A DNA stretch of 61,350 nt, filler included, from Rhabdomonas costata (lineage: Eukaryota): assembly GCA_019059605.1 (NCBI GenBank). It is 16 parts of 16 records of this genome, joined end to end, with 100 filler letters (N's around TTAATTAATTAA, not from the genome) between each part and the next. Parts side by side here need not be neighbours in the genome. Positions count along the whole stretch, not along the records: positions 23,074 to 26,813 come from JAHMHO010000558.1; positions 26,914 to 30,652 come from JAHMHO010000559.1; positions 30,753 to 34,490 come from JAHMHO010000560.1; positions 34,591 to 38,328 come from JAHMHO010000561.1; positions 38,429 to 42,166 come from JAHMHO010000562.1; 11 more parts are not named here. The stretch is one strand, 5' to 3'. A program made the position numbers and the translations under genes. This document shows positions 23,074 through 38,806 of the stretch, one piece after another; the stretch's first letter is position 1; each line of letters opens with the position of its first letter. The notes beneath the pieces were generated by a model. It was not told the origin of the DNA. It did not search any database and saw only the letters and a program-made list of their open reading frames with translations.

Positions 23074-26000
23074 TGAAAGAAGTAGAACACCGTGCTGCCG
23101 TCCTGGAAGAACTCCGGGAAATTCTTGATCTGGGGTGAAAAATTTGGGAGTGGGGAGGCCGAACTCGACGTTGCCATGCCTCCTAGAAGTTAGCTGACGA
23201 ACACGAGCCCCCTGGCTGTATAAGTGCCTGCTGAATTCTGTGCTTCATATTTTTAATTGAACTGCACTTTGTATTGTGATTTTGTGTCATTTGGTTGCTT
23301 GCTTTCTCAGTCCACTTTTTGGCCCACTCAATCCTGTGCCTCAGCTGCAAACCTGCATCTCCATTTCACTTCAACCGATAATATCAGCCAAGACCGGCGC
23401 TATAAGTGGGATTCAATCCAATGACCGCTTCAAGCGAGCAGCTCTGATGTGGGTGGCCAAGAAAGAGAAAATCTAGAGCCCCTCTCACTTTTTAAAACTC
23501 CAATCTGCAAACCTTCCCCCTTCCCCTTCTTACGTCATGCCACCTCCTGAGAGCCTGAAAGCGTTACCGTTGCAATTCCCACGGCCGTATCTCAACCAAC
23601 GGGAGCCCGCTCAAACTAAGAGTACCCCAGAAACACACACAACGTTTGGTCAGAACCATCATGTGCTTATGCAAGAAAAAAGAAATGGATGAGGGGGGCG
23701 CGCAGCATCACAAATAAAAAATAACCACACGCGGCGGCACGAAGAAATCGCAGCACAAACCTCCTCCACATCCATCGCAATCATGGGAAGCTTGGTCCGA
23801 GGATCGATCTTTCGGTCTACCGTCTCGAAGGCCTCGTCGTAGTTCATATCCTGCGGGCCGGAGGGTCAGAATGACTTTATGTAAAGCTTGAACACTTCGA
23901 AAGCCAATTAGTTGGAACAGCATCGGCGAAAAAAAACAGACAAAAACCGTGCACGACGCACAAACGGTGTTGCGAGCGGATGGAAAGAGTAGATCGCACC
24001 AATAAGCGGCGAGCTGAGCTTGAGAGGTCGACAGAATGGTTTTCAGGAAACCTCAATATAAGTCTACTAACCAACTAGTCAAAATGAGGGTTGGCGTGGG
24101 CTCACCTCCTCCAGGAGCTCATTGCCTTTGGGAGCGATCGTGTTGCCAGCGTCCACCACGCAGTCCGCGACATTGATGGTCTTTGCGAAGTTTGTGACCA
24201 CGTCGCCAACGTTGCGGAAGGTGCTCTTCATGGCCACCCCACCGCCTTGCGGGAGAGAAGGGGACACGCAGATGTAGAAGATGGGAAAAAAACGACGCTG
24301 AAGGGAGGGTGGGGGGGTACTCGGATCGAAGTCAAAATATTGGAGCTGGACACATAACTGCCACTACTGATGGACCTCACACCAGAGACACAACACCTGA
24401 AGCAAAAAAGCTTCTTTTTAGGCATTTTGTGACACATTTGACCGAATGTAGGGTACTGAACGCAACGGCATTAATCAACGGCTTCTTCCAGCAGTTTACT
24501 TAATAATTATCTATGAATGCAACATCCCTACGTAACAACCACCGAAGGCAATCGGTGGCTAAAACCTATTGGCACACGTTACCATGTTTGTGATATGTGC
24601 GCGTATTCTTTCCAGATCGGATTCATCCACATGGCTTTCTTTCCAGCAGGCTGGGTGAGCGGAGAGAGTTGAAACCAGCACAAGAAGAGGCAGTGATGCA
24701 GCGGCAGTACCGATCCTGTTGTAACGGGACTGCGCACACTCCCTCATCATGCTGGGGTACCCGAAGGCCTTGGAGTGCAGCATGGACACAAAGAACATCT
24801 CCACGCAAATCGCCAAATCCTGCAGTAAGTGAGCAAGTTCTGGGTCTTGGTTAAGGCGTGCAAAGATGGGATGGGCGAGGTACGGCACGAGAACTTACAA
24901 AAAACACGCAGACCCGGTTGCAAGAACACGACAGGAATTAGGAATGCAGTGATAGACACACGGGGGTGCAGAGAGAATGCGTATTCCTAGCCCATAGTGC
25001 CGAAACGGGATAGAAAGAAAGTGAGCGGGTCGGGCTGAGGTAAGGGTGACGAAGGGTGTTCATTCATTCGCCAAGAGAACAAATGTACGAGAGCTGAGAC
25101 AACAGAAAGTGCGGCAACAGTCAGCTCGGGATGCGGTATTGACCTTAGATCAGAACGAAAAAGCTTGAGAATTTCAGCGGAAGCAATGAAGCAATAAGAG
25201 ACGAGGCGGAGCGCTGCGCGTCAACATGTATAACAATAAGAATTTCATGCCCATCCGCCTACGCATACAGGCACTGGTACACGAGTGCGAAAAAATACAC
25301 CTGCGCCGCGGTGGCGATACGTGCGGCGCTAAGGCTGTCGTGGCTGGTGAGCCATCCCAGGCGGATCAGCGCCGCAAAGGCCACGCCCTGCCAGAAGCTG
25401 AAGAAGATGATCGACTTGATGCACAGAAACTTCACGAAGGGCTGGTGGATCTTCAGCTCGTCGCTCAGCACAGCCCCAAACAGCACCTGAGAGCCGGAGA
25501 AACCAATGCAAACATGGAATTTCCCTCATACGCCCACTCACATGAAACATAAAAAAGCTCGTTTTGTGGGTAAGCACTTAGGTTCCAAAGCTTTTGCTTT
25601 CTTCACAGCGCAGAGAGAAAGACTATTCTGAAAAACATCTATCAAAGGAACAATGCTGTTTAGGTTAGTAATGGCATTACATGAAACAGCGCCGCACGAA
25701 TTCACGCAGTAGATGATCCGTTTACTGCCCACATTCCCAGCAAAAACAATGATCGACAATACCCGGTGCCCACCAGTGACCAGAAAGGAACTCAACCGCA
25801 ACTAACAGCGATCCCTCCCTTTAGTTATTGGTACCAGGTAGTACATGGAGAAGGTGATGGAGATGTTGTTGATCAGCAGAATGTACAGGTAGGCGTCAGT
25901 GAAGACCAGGTTACCGTCCTCGTACAGCCCAAAGTAGTGGAAAATCACCGCCAGCACGGCGTTCAAGGGCTTGATGATGCTGTACTGCAGGGTGTTCCGC

Positions 26001-26743
26001 TTGCAGGTGTATAAAAAGGCCTGGGAAATCCACACGACAAAAACCCATCCCCAAACCCGTCTCAGCTTCTTGCTGACGTTCATGTTCCTTCACAGGGAAA
26101 AGGGAGAAAAGCTCACACGGGTAATTTTCCCGAATTCAATCGCCAAAACCCGGCGCATGCTCATTGCCACCCCCGGGCACCCTAAGAAATTCACCGCGCT
26201 CTCAAGCATTTACTCCCACTCCACCTGACCTGCACACCAGTGTCAATGGTCGGAAGTTATCCCACAGCATTCCCAGTCGAAATATGTTGGGCACTATTTT
26301 CTTCATTTAGGGGGTGTTGTCAACTACAATTGAACCGAAAACAATTCCTACCATGAGGACTTTACAGGGCAGATACTTGATTTGTCGGTTGAAGTGCCGG
26401 GGTACTCCCCCCTCGCAGACACTATGGAGCACTTGCAGACCTCTATGAAAACATACTGAGGGGTTGGATGTTGTGTGTGCGCGTGGGTTAGCGGGTGGGT
26501 TTGACATTGGGTTACCTTATCCACTTTGAACGACAAGAAGCACAACGGCCACAGATGTTTCGCGGAACGGTTCTTGCCGCGAAGCACGCGGACGAGCTCC
26601 TGCTTTCCCCCGCAGTACTGCACCAGCAGGCACATAAACTGGTACAGCACAAAGGCCTCGTAGGCGTCACGGATGATGTCACAGATGATTTCCGTGGGCT
26701 TGTACGCCAGAGAGATGAAGGAATTGATGCAGTAGATCGGAAC
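23074..26743 (-). CDS. TMEM184 / organic solute transporter (OST-alpha) family; partial, about 7 exons
   Basis: Phase-compatible GT-AG exons encode VPIYCINSFISL, DIIRDAYEAFVLYQFMCLL, CKRNTLQYSIIKP, NNISITFSMYYL, KFLCIKSIIFFSFWQG and ICVEMFFVSMLHSKAF. Confidence 0.92.
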
Positions 26744-27057
26744 CTGGAAACCCCACCCCCAGTCCAGCTTTCATAACCATAATTTTTTTCGGTTCAATTG
26801 TAGTTGACAACCCNNNNNNNNNNNNNNNNNNNNNNNNNNNNNNNNNNNNNNNNNNNNTTAATTAATTAANNNNNNNNNNNNNNNNNNNNNNNNNNNNNNN
26901 NNNNNNNNNNNNNTCCACTTAGGGAGCTGGGGGAAGCTCGCAGCTGTACCCTCATGTTGTATCCTGTATCCTCCTTGGAAGGGCGCCAAAGGGACGCGAG
27001 CGCTGTCGGTAGTATGTATTTGGGAACCCCCCTCCCTCCCTTGCAAGGCAAGCATAC

Positions 27058-30393
<3,336 letters not shown>

Positions 30394-30752
30394 TTAGCAA
30401 CGTCAGTCAATAATCTGGATTGCCTTCGCGGTGTCGCACCGCAGTGTCGTACAGAATAATAACACGGGGCATGATCTTATCAAGCCAGAGCTGGGAGAGG
30501 AACAACCTCAAATGTGCCGCGGGGCCTTTCCTGGTTGCGGCTTCGGAGGTCAAAGGTGGAAACGTCAGGATTTATTACCTTCTTACTTTTTATCATTAGA
30601 TTCTAATGATAAAAAGTAAGAAGGTAATAAATCCTGACGTTTCCACCCAAAANNNNNNNNNNNNNNNNNNNNNNNNNNNNNNNNNNNNNNNNNNNNTTAA
30701 TTAATTAANNNNNNNNNNNNNNNNNNNNNNNNNNNNNNNNNNNNNNNNNNNN

Positions 30753-31450
30753 GGGGGGTGGTGGAGCAGCTGGAGCGGGAGAAAGCCGAGAGTAGCATCG
30801 TGTTCCCTCCGGAGTGGGAGGGAGGGCCCTTTGACGCCAGCAAGCCTGGTGTGGAGATTAAGTCTGTGGCGCGTGGGACGCCGGAGTGGGTCAAGGTGGA
30901 AAGTGAGTTCACCAGCGGCCACTTCGCGGCGCAGTTCAACAAAAAGCTGGTGAAGGTGGAGCGTGTGCAGAACCCCAGTGCTTGGGCTTCCTACCTCACC
31001 CGCCTCAGGTCAGTGGCAATAAAGAGGGGCGGTTCGGGCGACGTATTTGCGAGGGGCAACGAGCGGTGGATGAAGCACGGCACCAGAACTGTGGACCCGC
31101 AAGTCGTTGCGGCTCACTCGTGCGGCCTGGACTACCGCTACTCCAGCGATCAGTGCTACTACGGCAAAGCAGCATACACCGCCGAAGACGCCCTGTACTC
31201 TCATGACTATCGCTACGACATGCCGGACGGCAAGCACGCGCAGATGTTTCTGGTCCGTGTGGCGGCGGGCAGCATGGAGGAGGTGGATGGCAAGGAGTTA
31301 TCCGCGAACAGCAAGAAGTACCGCGATTACAAGCACCCTCAGGCGGGCTTCGACAGTGTGCGGGGAGAGGTGCGAGGTGGCATGATGGCCATCATGGTGT
31401 ACACGACGGACGCGGCCTACCCGGCCTACCTCCTCACCTACGAGAAGTAA
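30753..31450 (+). CDS. PARP/ARTD catalytic domain (PARP12/14-like subtype); C-terminal, 5' partial
   Basis: Uninterrupted 230-aa ORF with VERVQNP..W..Y, NERWMKHGT, GLDYRYS, YYGKAAYTAEDALYSHDY, MFLVRVAAG, FDSV and VY....AYPAYLLTY. Confidence 0.9.
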
Positions 31451-33874
31451 GGGCACAAGGATATGATTTTGGGTGTCTACGTCCCATATCCGGAATATGT
31501 TTTGCAGTTTTCCTTTGGTGCCCTTTTTGTCATTTGGCTTGTCCTTTGTCATTTCCGGTTGTCTCGCATCTACTGCAAGAAACTCGCGCATTATTCCCGC
31601 GGTGTGCCTTCCCATGGCCTGATGAATATTTTGATACACCTGATGGGAATTTATGGGACGATGCTTTCAACTCCCTTCTGGAGCGGTGCCCAACTAAACC
31701 AAAAATGACACCGATCATCCCTTCGTTTGTCAACGGGGCACCCAGAGATGCTTCTTGCCTGATCACTTCCGTATTTTATGGCTGGAGCATAGCTCCCAGT
31801 TTTTAATACCCACTCGCGGAGCTGCCAATCTAAGGACTGCCCTCTGCCTCCTCTTGGGCTATCAGTGCAAAGCCTAAGCCGCCATCGGTTGGAAGCTGAA
31901 GAGACTGGCGAGCTGTGCTGTCCCCGCAAGCCCAGCACTGTTTGTTTGGGCGATTTACATTTCTGCAGGAGGTCTCTGTAATGTTGGGACGATTTCCTCC
32001 CTTCTCCTCATCGTCAGGTTCTGCTCATTCCGAAGATTGCTTCGACGTCCCTTCTCCATTTAACTAAGTCTTGTGACAGCACACAAAATACGGCCTGTGC
32101 TTAAGAGAACCGGAGTGCAGGCCAGACACCCGGATGGTTTATACAGTGCGGAAAGGATTTGTGGGAGTAGCCCCCACACTACCAGTGTACGTCAGCTCCG
32201 TCACAACGAGTTGGTGCTCCTCTCATCGGTCTTGCGAGTTCGTTACCTTTGTGTTTTCTGAGATTGATGATTGTCTCCTGTGTTGTGTTTACCTTTTACA
32301 TTGCGCTCTCGTTTTCGTTGACTTTTGGCTTTTCCCAAGGGGTTGCATAAAAGGAAAATATCGGGTGGGGAATTTTCGTCTTGGTGCTTTTTATCCACTT
32401 CGACGACTGGGGTTGGTGGAATTGGCGGAGGAAAGCATTGCAAAAATTCCCTGTCTTGCATCACGCGTTTCTAGTCGCTCTGATTTTTCGAGAATCTGCT
32501 GAAAACCACTTGCTCGAAAAGTTGCAATTCTTCAACCTCCAACTCAGGATACTAACAGTTGGGCTTCAGAAAAGCAGCACTCAGTACTGGGCATCTGTTT
32601 GCTGGACATTTAGGCTAATACCCTGTGTTAACCCGAACTTGACTTTTTGGAAACTTTTTTCGTGTGTCACTTTTGAGGTGGCACAGGCAATACACCCCAA
32701 AGCGTTACCTAAAAAATGAGAAGAGTGTGACACTTGGACTGCGGCTCCAGGCCCGTGGCGGCCATGAAATCTTTTTAAACTATCCCAAAGGTCATATAAA
32801 TTACCGCCGCCCGTGCTATATCCCCGGCCCAGTTTTGATGAAGGTTTACCTTTTGGGTGTTTTTGTGTTTGCTTTGATCGAACTTTTTTAATGACCAGCC
32901 ACAACCCACATGAAACGGCCGTGCTGTGCACATGCCTGCGTGTCTCGTCTTCTTGGTTTGCCCCCATTTTGGTGTACTACTTTCCCCCTCTTTTTCCTTC
33001 CCGTGGTGTACTGGGACTGTTGCCTTACTTTTGCTTTTGGCGCTCGGTTGCTTTTTCCGGCAAGCATCGGTTCCATCTTCCATTTTCTTCTTCCTGATGC
33101 TTGGATTCTCTTAGCCTTTCACATCTAATGTCTGGGCTGCTTGTTCGTCCCACCCATCGGCCGCATTTTGCGGCTTTCTCCTTGCAATAGTGTTTGTGCA
33201 CCTTTCCCTTGCGCGCCTACTGTCCTAAGGCAAAGTAAAACGGAAAGGCTGCCTTTGAGGATCCGTTTTGCTTCCTAAAGCCGGTCGCCGGCCTTTGGAC
33301 TAGCCATTCTTTTTCGGAAGGTCTTTTGTGTCGCCGCAACAAATGGATAAGCCCGATGTGGCATAGGGCTTGGGCGGGAACGCGCCTCCTAGAGAGATCG
33401 GGCGAATGCTTCGCCGCGCCGTTGTGCGGGCGGGTGCCCCAGCATCGGCTGCCGCCGTTGCTTTGGGTTCTGGAGCCCCTCGGTGTGGTTTGGGTTGGTG
33501 GTTGTGGCTGCTGGAAATCTTTCGGGGCTGAAAGCACCCCGGAAATGGCGTTGAGCGTCGGGTCGAGCACATTTGGCGCATTTGAGGGAAGCAACTTTGG
33601 ATCTTTCATAAAGTTGGTAACCACGAACACTTTGTTTATTATACTTATCCGTTACGACATTTAACGACGCTATATTTTAACAGCACAACAGCTTAACTGC
33701 ACATTCCTCCTTCCACCAGAGCCAGAGGAAACTCCTCACATCGGTGAGATTCGGCAACAGCGGCCGGATCTGTACTGCCACACTGCTCCTGTTCGGCAAA
33801 CATGCTCTTATCGGGATTAGCATATAGATTCTTTATTTCTACTTGTGCCGCACCATCAGTGCCTAAACCTGGCG

Positions 33875-34375
33875 TTCAAAGTGTCCGTATGTCATCTACA
33901 TGCGCCACTGTGGTATCTCTCATGTCATCCAAAATGATTTCCGTTGCCATTTGGTCCGTTGCTGGTGCATTAAACAACCATAACGGCATCGCTATGAACT
34001 AAAATTACCCACAATTTATCTTAAATGCCGTCACTCCACGTGCTCTGCATGAAATCTAATGAGAACCAGCATGTAAATCCAGCTGCAAAAACCACTTCGC
34101 CTTTCACGCGTGATGAATCATCTTTTCAATTTTGATAATGGATACGCATTGGTAAGCATATATAAACAACAAGAATCCGCGAGTTACTGTTGGCCTCTGG
34201 AAGGAACAGCACAACTGCGCCATAAGGCGATGTTGCTGGCTATTTAAAACAAATCTCCTCGAGGATCTTCAATTCCTTCATCAATTCACCATCTTTAGCA
34301 TGGAACATTCGTTGCAGTATCTGTACTGGTACATTCCAGTCCGGATTCAAATCAATTCTGTGGTTCGTAATAATA
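33875..34375 (-). mobile_element. Heavily decayed Ty3/gypsy reverse transcriptase
   Basis: Manual translation gives motifs in the correct RT order, with stops: NHRIDL, PATSPYGAVVLF, AKWFLQLDLHAGSH*I, TAFK..G*F*FIAMPLWLFNAPAT, VAHVDDI. Confidence 0.8.
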
Positions 34376-34978
34376 AAATGGGATAAATGCCAAGGAACTT
34401 AAGCTGGAGAAAATTCTTGATTCAACTTTTAGATCTTTGGATAAGTATGATACACAATGTGGCAACAAACGCTGTGTTAAACAACAAACCNNNNNNNNNN
34501 NNNNNNNNNNNNNNNNNNNNNNNNNNNNNNNNNNTTAATTAATTAANNNNNNNNNNNNNNNNNNNNNNNNNNNNNNNNNNNNNNNNNNNNGTTGGGGGGG
34601 GGACAGATGGCGGCGTAATACTTCCCTTTTGACCCCCCCCCATTAGCAACGTCACAGGGATGCTAAGAGAGTGGGTGTTTACCACCGAAACAATTTCACG
34701 TTTCAGTGAAACCCAAACCAGACCAGAGAGAACCCAATCCAATTTCCTTACCGTATCCAATCCCTTACGGCGGCACGCACAGCGAGTCAACAGCTCCAAG
34801 TTTTGAGGTCACACAGCCGCTCTGCTCTTCCCGATAAGTCTAAAGAACATTGCCCCCTGTCCCCCCGCCACTGTGTCAGTGCACAAGCAAGTAATTCTCA
34901 GATTGCCAGTGTGATTTCCTTCAAGCGTTCATGTTGCACGTGGCTGAATGCTCGTACTTCATGGCACGATCGGATCAC

Positions 34979-36119
34979 CTGCAGCCTTCAACTTCAAAAT
35001 GATGTCGATCAGCGGCTTGCTTTCGGAGAGATGCTTGGCCCCAGGCATTCCTCCAGGACACACAACCTGAAGCACAACCGAAACAGGGCTTCACAACGCG
35101 AAGGACTCAAACGGATACAATCAATACCGCACCCTTCCTGTTTCGCAAAGACGTAGGCTCGGTTTTTGCATTGCCAGGAACACACTTCAACAACAACAGA
35201 GTGGAACTGCCATGCACATTTCCTTACAAGAAAATGAACAGATACAAAGCTAAACAAACTTACCAGATCGAAGTCGCCGGGGTTCACTTCCGTGATCAGC
35301 TTGTCCGCAATCAGCACCAGCCCTCGGGCGAGCTTCACCTGCTTCTGAAAATCAAGCGAAGAGCAAAGGAATACGCAGTTATTCCCGCGTCCCGCACGCC
35401 ACTCAACAAAAACCCAAATACCGTGAAGGAGAAAAGGCAAAAAAAAAAAAGGTTAAGAAGCCTGCCTCTGCTTACCTTTGTTCACCTTCGTTCACCACGG
35501 GGGCGTTCCTGGGTCAAGTGCGAGGTATTAGTGGTGACGGACCGGTTGACTGACCTGTTCTGGTGTGTGGACAGGAGCATTTGTCCCGAACTGCTTCTTT
35601 TTTACTTGCCTTTTTTCCTTTACGTTGGTCAAAGAAGCCATTCGTGCAGCACCACAGTTTTCTTCCCTGACAACACAATCCGAAGTCACGCAGTGATGTG
35701 CTTACGTCAAGGCCCGGACTCTGGTGACATGAAACGACAACAAAAATGTCTTCTTTATCATAAATGAGTGCAATCATTTTTTTCGTTTGGGTTGGTGCCG
35801 GTTTTTTTCTTCCCTGACAACGGCTTTTGTTGTGCTTTACAGTACATGCTCACCGGTCGTTAAGCGGGTGCGCCCAAGTGTAGAGAATTTTTAAATGGAG
35901 GAATCTTTTCTTTCGAAGAAGGTTCCAGGGTCTTTTGTATGTATAGTATACAGTATCCCTCGTTACTCCACGATGAAATAGTGGTTCTTCACAGGCAAGA
36001 ACCTGGGGCATAACGCTGGCCACCGTGACCTCCACCCCGGCGCGGACCAGAATGTCGGTCACGGTGGAGAGCTCGATGTCCTCCGTGCTGTCCGCCACCG
36101 CGCACAGCGTCTTCACCAT
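34979..36119 (-). CDS. DJ-1/PfpI (YajL/ThiJ) family protein; first three exons
   Basis: Exon 36119-36003: MVKTLCAVADSTEDIELSTVTDILVRAGVEVTVASVMPQ. Exon 35344(or 35338)-35264: VKLARGLVLIADKLITEVNPGDFDL. Exon 35066-34979: VVCPGGMPGAKHLSESKPLIDIIL. Confidence 0.92.
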
Positions 36120-37186
36120 CGTTGGGGAGTGGTGCGCAGAGAAGAACTGAGCCCAACACACCGCAGAGAACCAGAAAAGGGGAAAACAAAAAAAAAAGGC
36201 AGAGGTGGATTACTGCGCAAGAAAAAACAATGCAGCCCCGGGCACAGGAGGAACGTGACGAGAAGCTGGGTGAGAGGTGATATCCACGCGGGAACCAAAG
36301 CATTGGAAACTCAGTATCCCTCTCCGCTCGTGCCAGTTCCAAAGGTTAACTCAGGTACCATGCGTCCAAGCCGCCAAGCAGAGGCTTCCCACTGCTTCCT
36401 CGCAAAAGGCCTGCCAGAAGCGCAGAGGAGCAGTCCCTTGTGGAACTGCATTTGCTCCCCCACCTCACAGCAGAGTCTTAACCGTCTCAATCGCCACTCA
36501 AAACACAACCAAAACAGGTTGAGAACAACCGAAAAGCTGAATGGAACGGAGAAGCTTCACAGCCGGTTCCGGCGCCTTCGGCGTTCCAACCATAAGTCAC
36601 AGCCCCTGTCACATAAAGAATTCAGGTCGAATGCGGACGCTGTTTGCTGTTTGCTGTTTGCACGTGGACCTTCGCTAAATGCGGAAGATAGGGTCAGTAT
36701 GCGGAGCAGTTTCAAGGAGTCCCTAGCAAGTTGAAATGAACCAAATTTGACTACAAACTCACAAGAAATGGCAAGTGGCCTTCTACACGTGTTGGAGCTT
36801 CCCCCACCGCTTATTCTCAAGAGTCAAGGCTCAAGGCAACGCCCTCACCGAGGTCACAGGTCCGCCCGAAAATGCACCAAAGAGCACATCTATTCTTCGC
36901 CTTCAGATCGTCTGGCAACGCCAAAAGCATCAACTCCAAGTCCATCACCAATTACCAGCTGCGCACGCGGGTGTGGCAACGTTTATCAAGGGGAGACATC
37001 CATGTCCTCCGGCTTCGCCAAGGCCGTCAGATCAGCGGAAGCGTTTCTGCGGAAAGGAAGCTGTGGGAAAGACCTTTGCACGCAGCATCTAAAAACCGCT
37101 GAGACAGGACATGACTTGGCCAAGCAGGCGGGATGTCGCAGAAACAGTACCTGCATGATTGAATGCTTCAAGTACCGTAAAGGTAC

Positions 37187-37285
37187 CGTAAACGTATAAA
37201 AAAAGGTTGGAAAAAATTCGGTAAAAAAGTTAAGGGGATAAGGGTTCTCATCGTATTTTTTCCAACCTTTTTTTATACGTTTACG
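37187..37285. repeat. Perfect inverted repeat, 31-bp arms, 37-nt spacer
   Basis: CGTAAACGTATAAAAAAAGGTTGGAAAAAAT (37187-37217) and its reverse complement (37255-37285). Confidence 0.9.
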
Positions 37286-37719
37286 CTATGGCAAAGAGAC
37301 CTGCGAAAGTCCTCCTGCTGACCCTGTGGTGTGTTCCGAATTCTGACCGAATGCCTATCACCTGAGCTGTTTGGAAACGTTTCGAAAAAACCCAAAATCT
37401 CGCGTTCGCACACAAAGTTCATACCCTGTTCCACCCGACAAGTCCATGGTCTTGTCCTCCATCTGGGAAGAGCATCCGAAGCAACCGAAGTGTCACGTTT
37501 TTGAAAACAAGAAGCGGCTGTAGTGCAACAGACGCACCCCCCCCCCCCTTATCGCAAGGGTGGTGACGCGAGGAACCTGGGAAGAGTTTTTCAGGGGGTT
37601 AGGAAGGAAAGCAAATGACAAAGCTCGTTTCAAAAAAGCGCTATCACACAGCAAAAAATGGCTAACAATTCGCTTTCTTTTAGCTCCTTCATCGTCAAGT
37701 CTCCCCTTGCCTCATTTCC

Positions 37720-38328
37720 CCAAGTGGTCAATGTCGTTCCGCAAATAGGCACCCGGTCTACCATAAAAACCAACCAGAGAAGGGAGAGGGGGCTCCAGCT
37801 CGGGGCTCCACTCCGGGGTGTCCGCGGACCATGCTCTGCTTCTTGTGGACTTCAGCAATGCATTTAATAGCATTTGTTCCGTTCTGCCACGCTTGGAGCT
37901 GTTGCTGATCGCTGCGTGCATTTCCTTCCCTCTGCTTTGTTGTGGAACCGGGACGCCTCTCCTAGCCAGCGGGAGAGTGGAGGCGCGAAAAGATACGCGC
38001 AGCAAGGCGAAGCCTGCGGCCTCCTTTTCTTCTCGGTGACCGTGCACTCCCTCGCAGTGGAGGCAACTAAAGTTCCGGTAACGTCCTCGGTGGCTTGTTG
38101 TCTATACGATGACTCCCAAGCGGGATCTGTCACCTCGCTTGCACGGGTTGTGGAAAACTTGAAGCCAGCAGCTGCAGCGATCGGTTTCAAGCTGAACGGC
38201 AGCAAGTGCAAACTTTGGGGGGCCTGGTTCTCTTTGCAGCTCCGACGACATGCCCGAATCCTTGAAAGGTACCCTCTGGTTTTCCTGGAGGGCGGGAGTT
38301 AAAATCCTGAGAACGCCTGTTGGCCTGG
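37720..38328 (+). mobile_element. Decayed non-LTR retrotransposon RT, CRE-like
   Basis: Motifs LLLVDFSNAFNSI, AQQGEACGLLFFSV, LYDD (eroded YxDD) and AAAIGFKLNGSKCKLW, with frameshifts between them. Confidence 0.8.
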
Positions 38329-38806
38329 NNNNNNNNNNNNNNNNNNNNNNNNNNNNNNNNNNNNNNNNNNNNTTAATTAATTAANNNNNNNNNNNNNNNN
38401 NNNNNNNNNNNNNNNNNNNNNNNNNNNNGTTGGGTTGGAAAAACATCATCTTCTGTCCACGTCATTCTGGCACGGAACTTTCCGTGAGCAGTGATGATGT
38501 TTTTCAAACCGATATCCAACAACTGCTGTACACCGAAAATCCGAAAAGCAGAAACGAAACGACTGGTGTCTCTGTCGGAGTGAAGTTATCTTCTTTTTGC
38601 TCCACGGGGAGGTGGATCCACCATTATTTCTTGGTCGCCATATTGTCATGTAGGCACGAAGGTGAAGTGGGTTGTTGTTGTTTTCGGACTACCATTGCAG
38701 CGTGTTTTACTGATTTTTTTTTTGCGCTAAAAGATTCGTTTTCGAGATTTTCCGGTCGACTGGTTGCTTTGCTGTTGACCTTCTTTGTGGTGGGCTCCTC
38801 TCTTAG

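Noticed and set aside
26380-26457. Alternative TMEM184 exon YVFIEVCKCSIV resembling AFLYTCKRNTL
   Set aside because: The similarity is too short, and the flanking exons already join in frame.
26316-26810. Inverted repeat of about 26 bp flanking a TMEM184 exon (exon-circularising or MITE-like?)
   Set aside because: One arm is the contig terminus, so it cannot be separated from a chimera.
30555-30647. Perfect palindrome with 46-bp arms and a 1-nt loop (hairpin telomere or terminal repeat?)
   Set aside because: It sits at the contig end inside an Hsp70 intron, just before an A/C tail. An amplification fold-back is most likely.
31640-33100. Possible recombinase or transposon remnant on the minus strand (e.g. 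GLVGHRS)
   Set aside because: Only isolated motif-like words, with no consistent frame or order.
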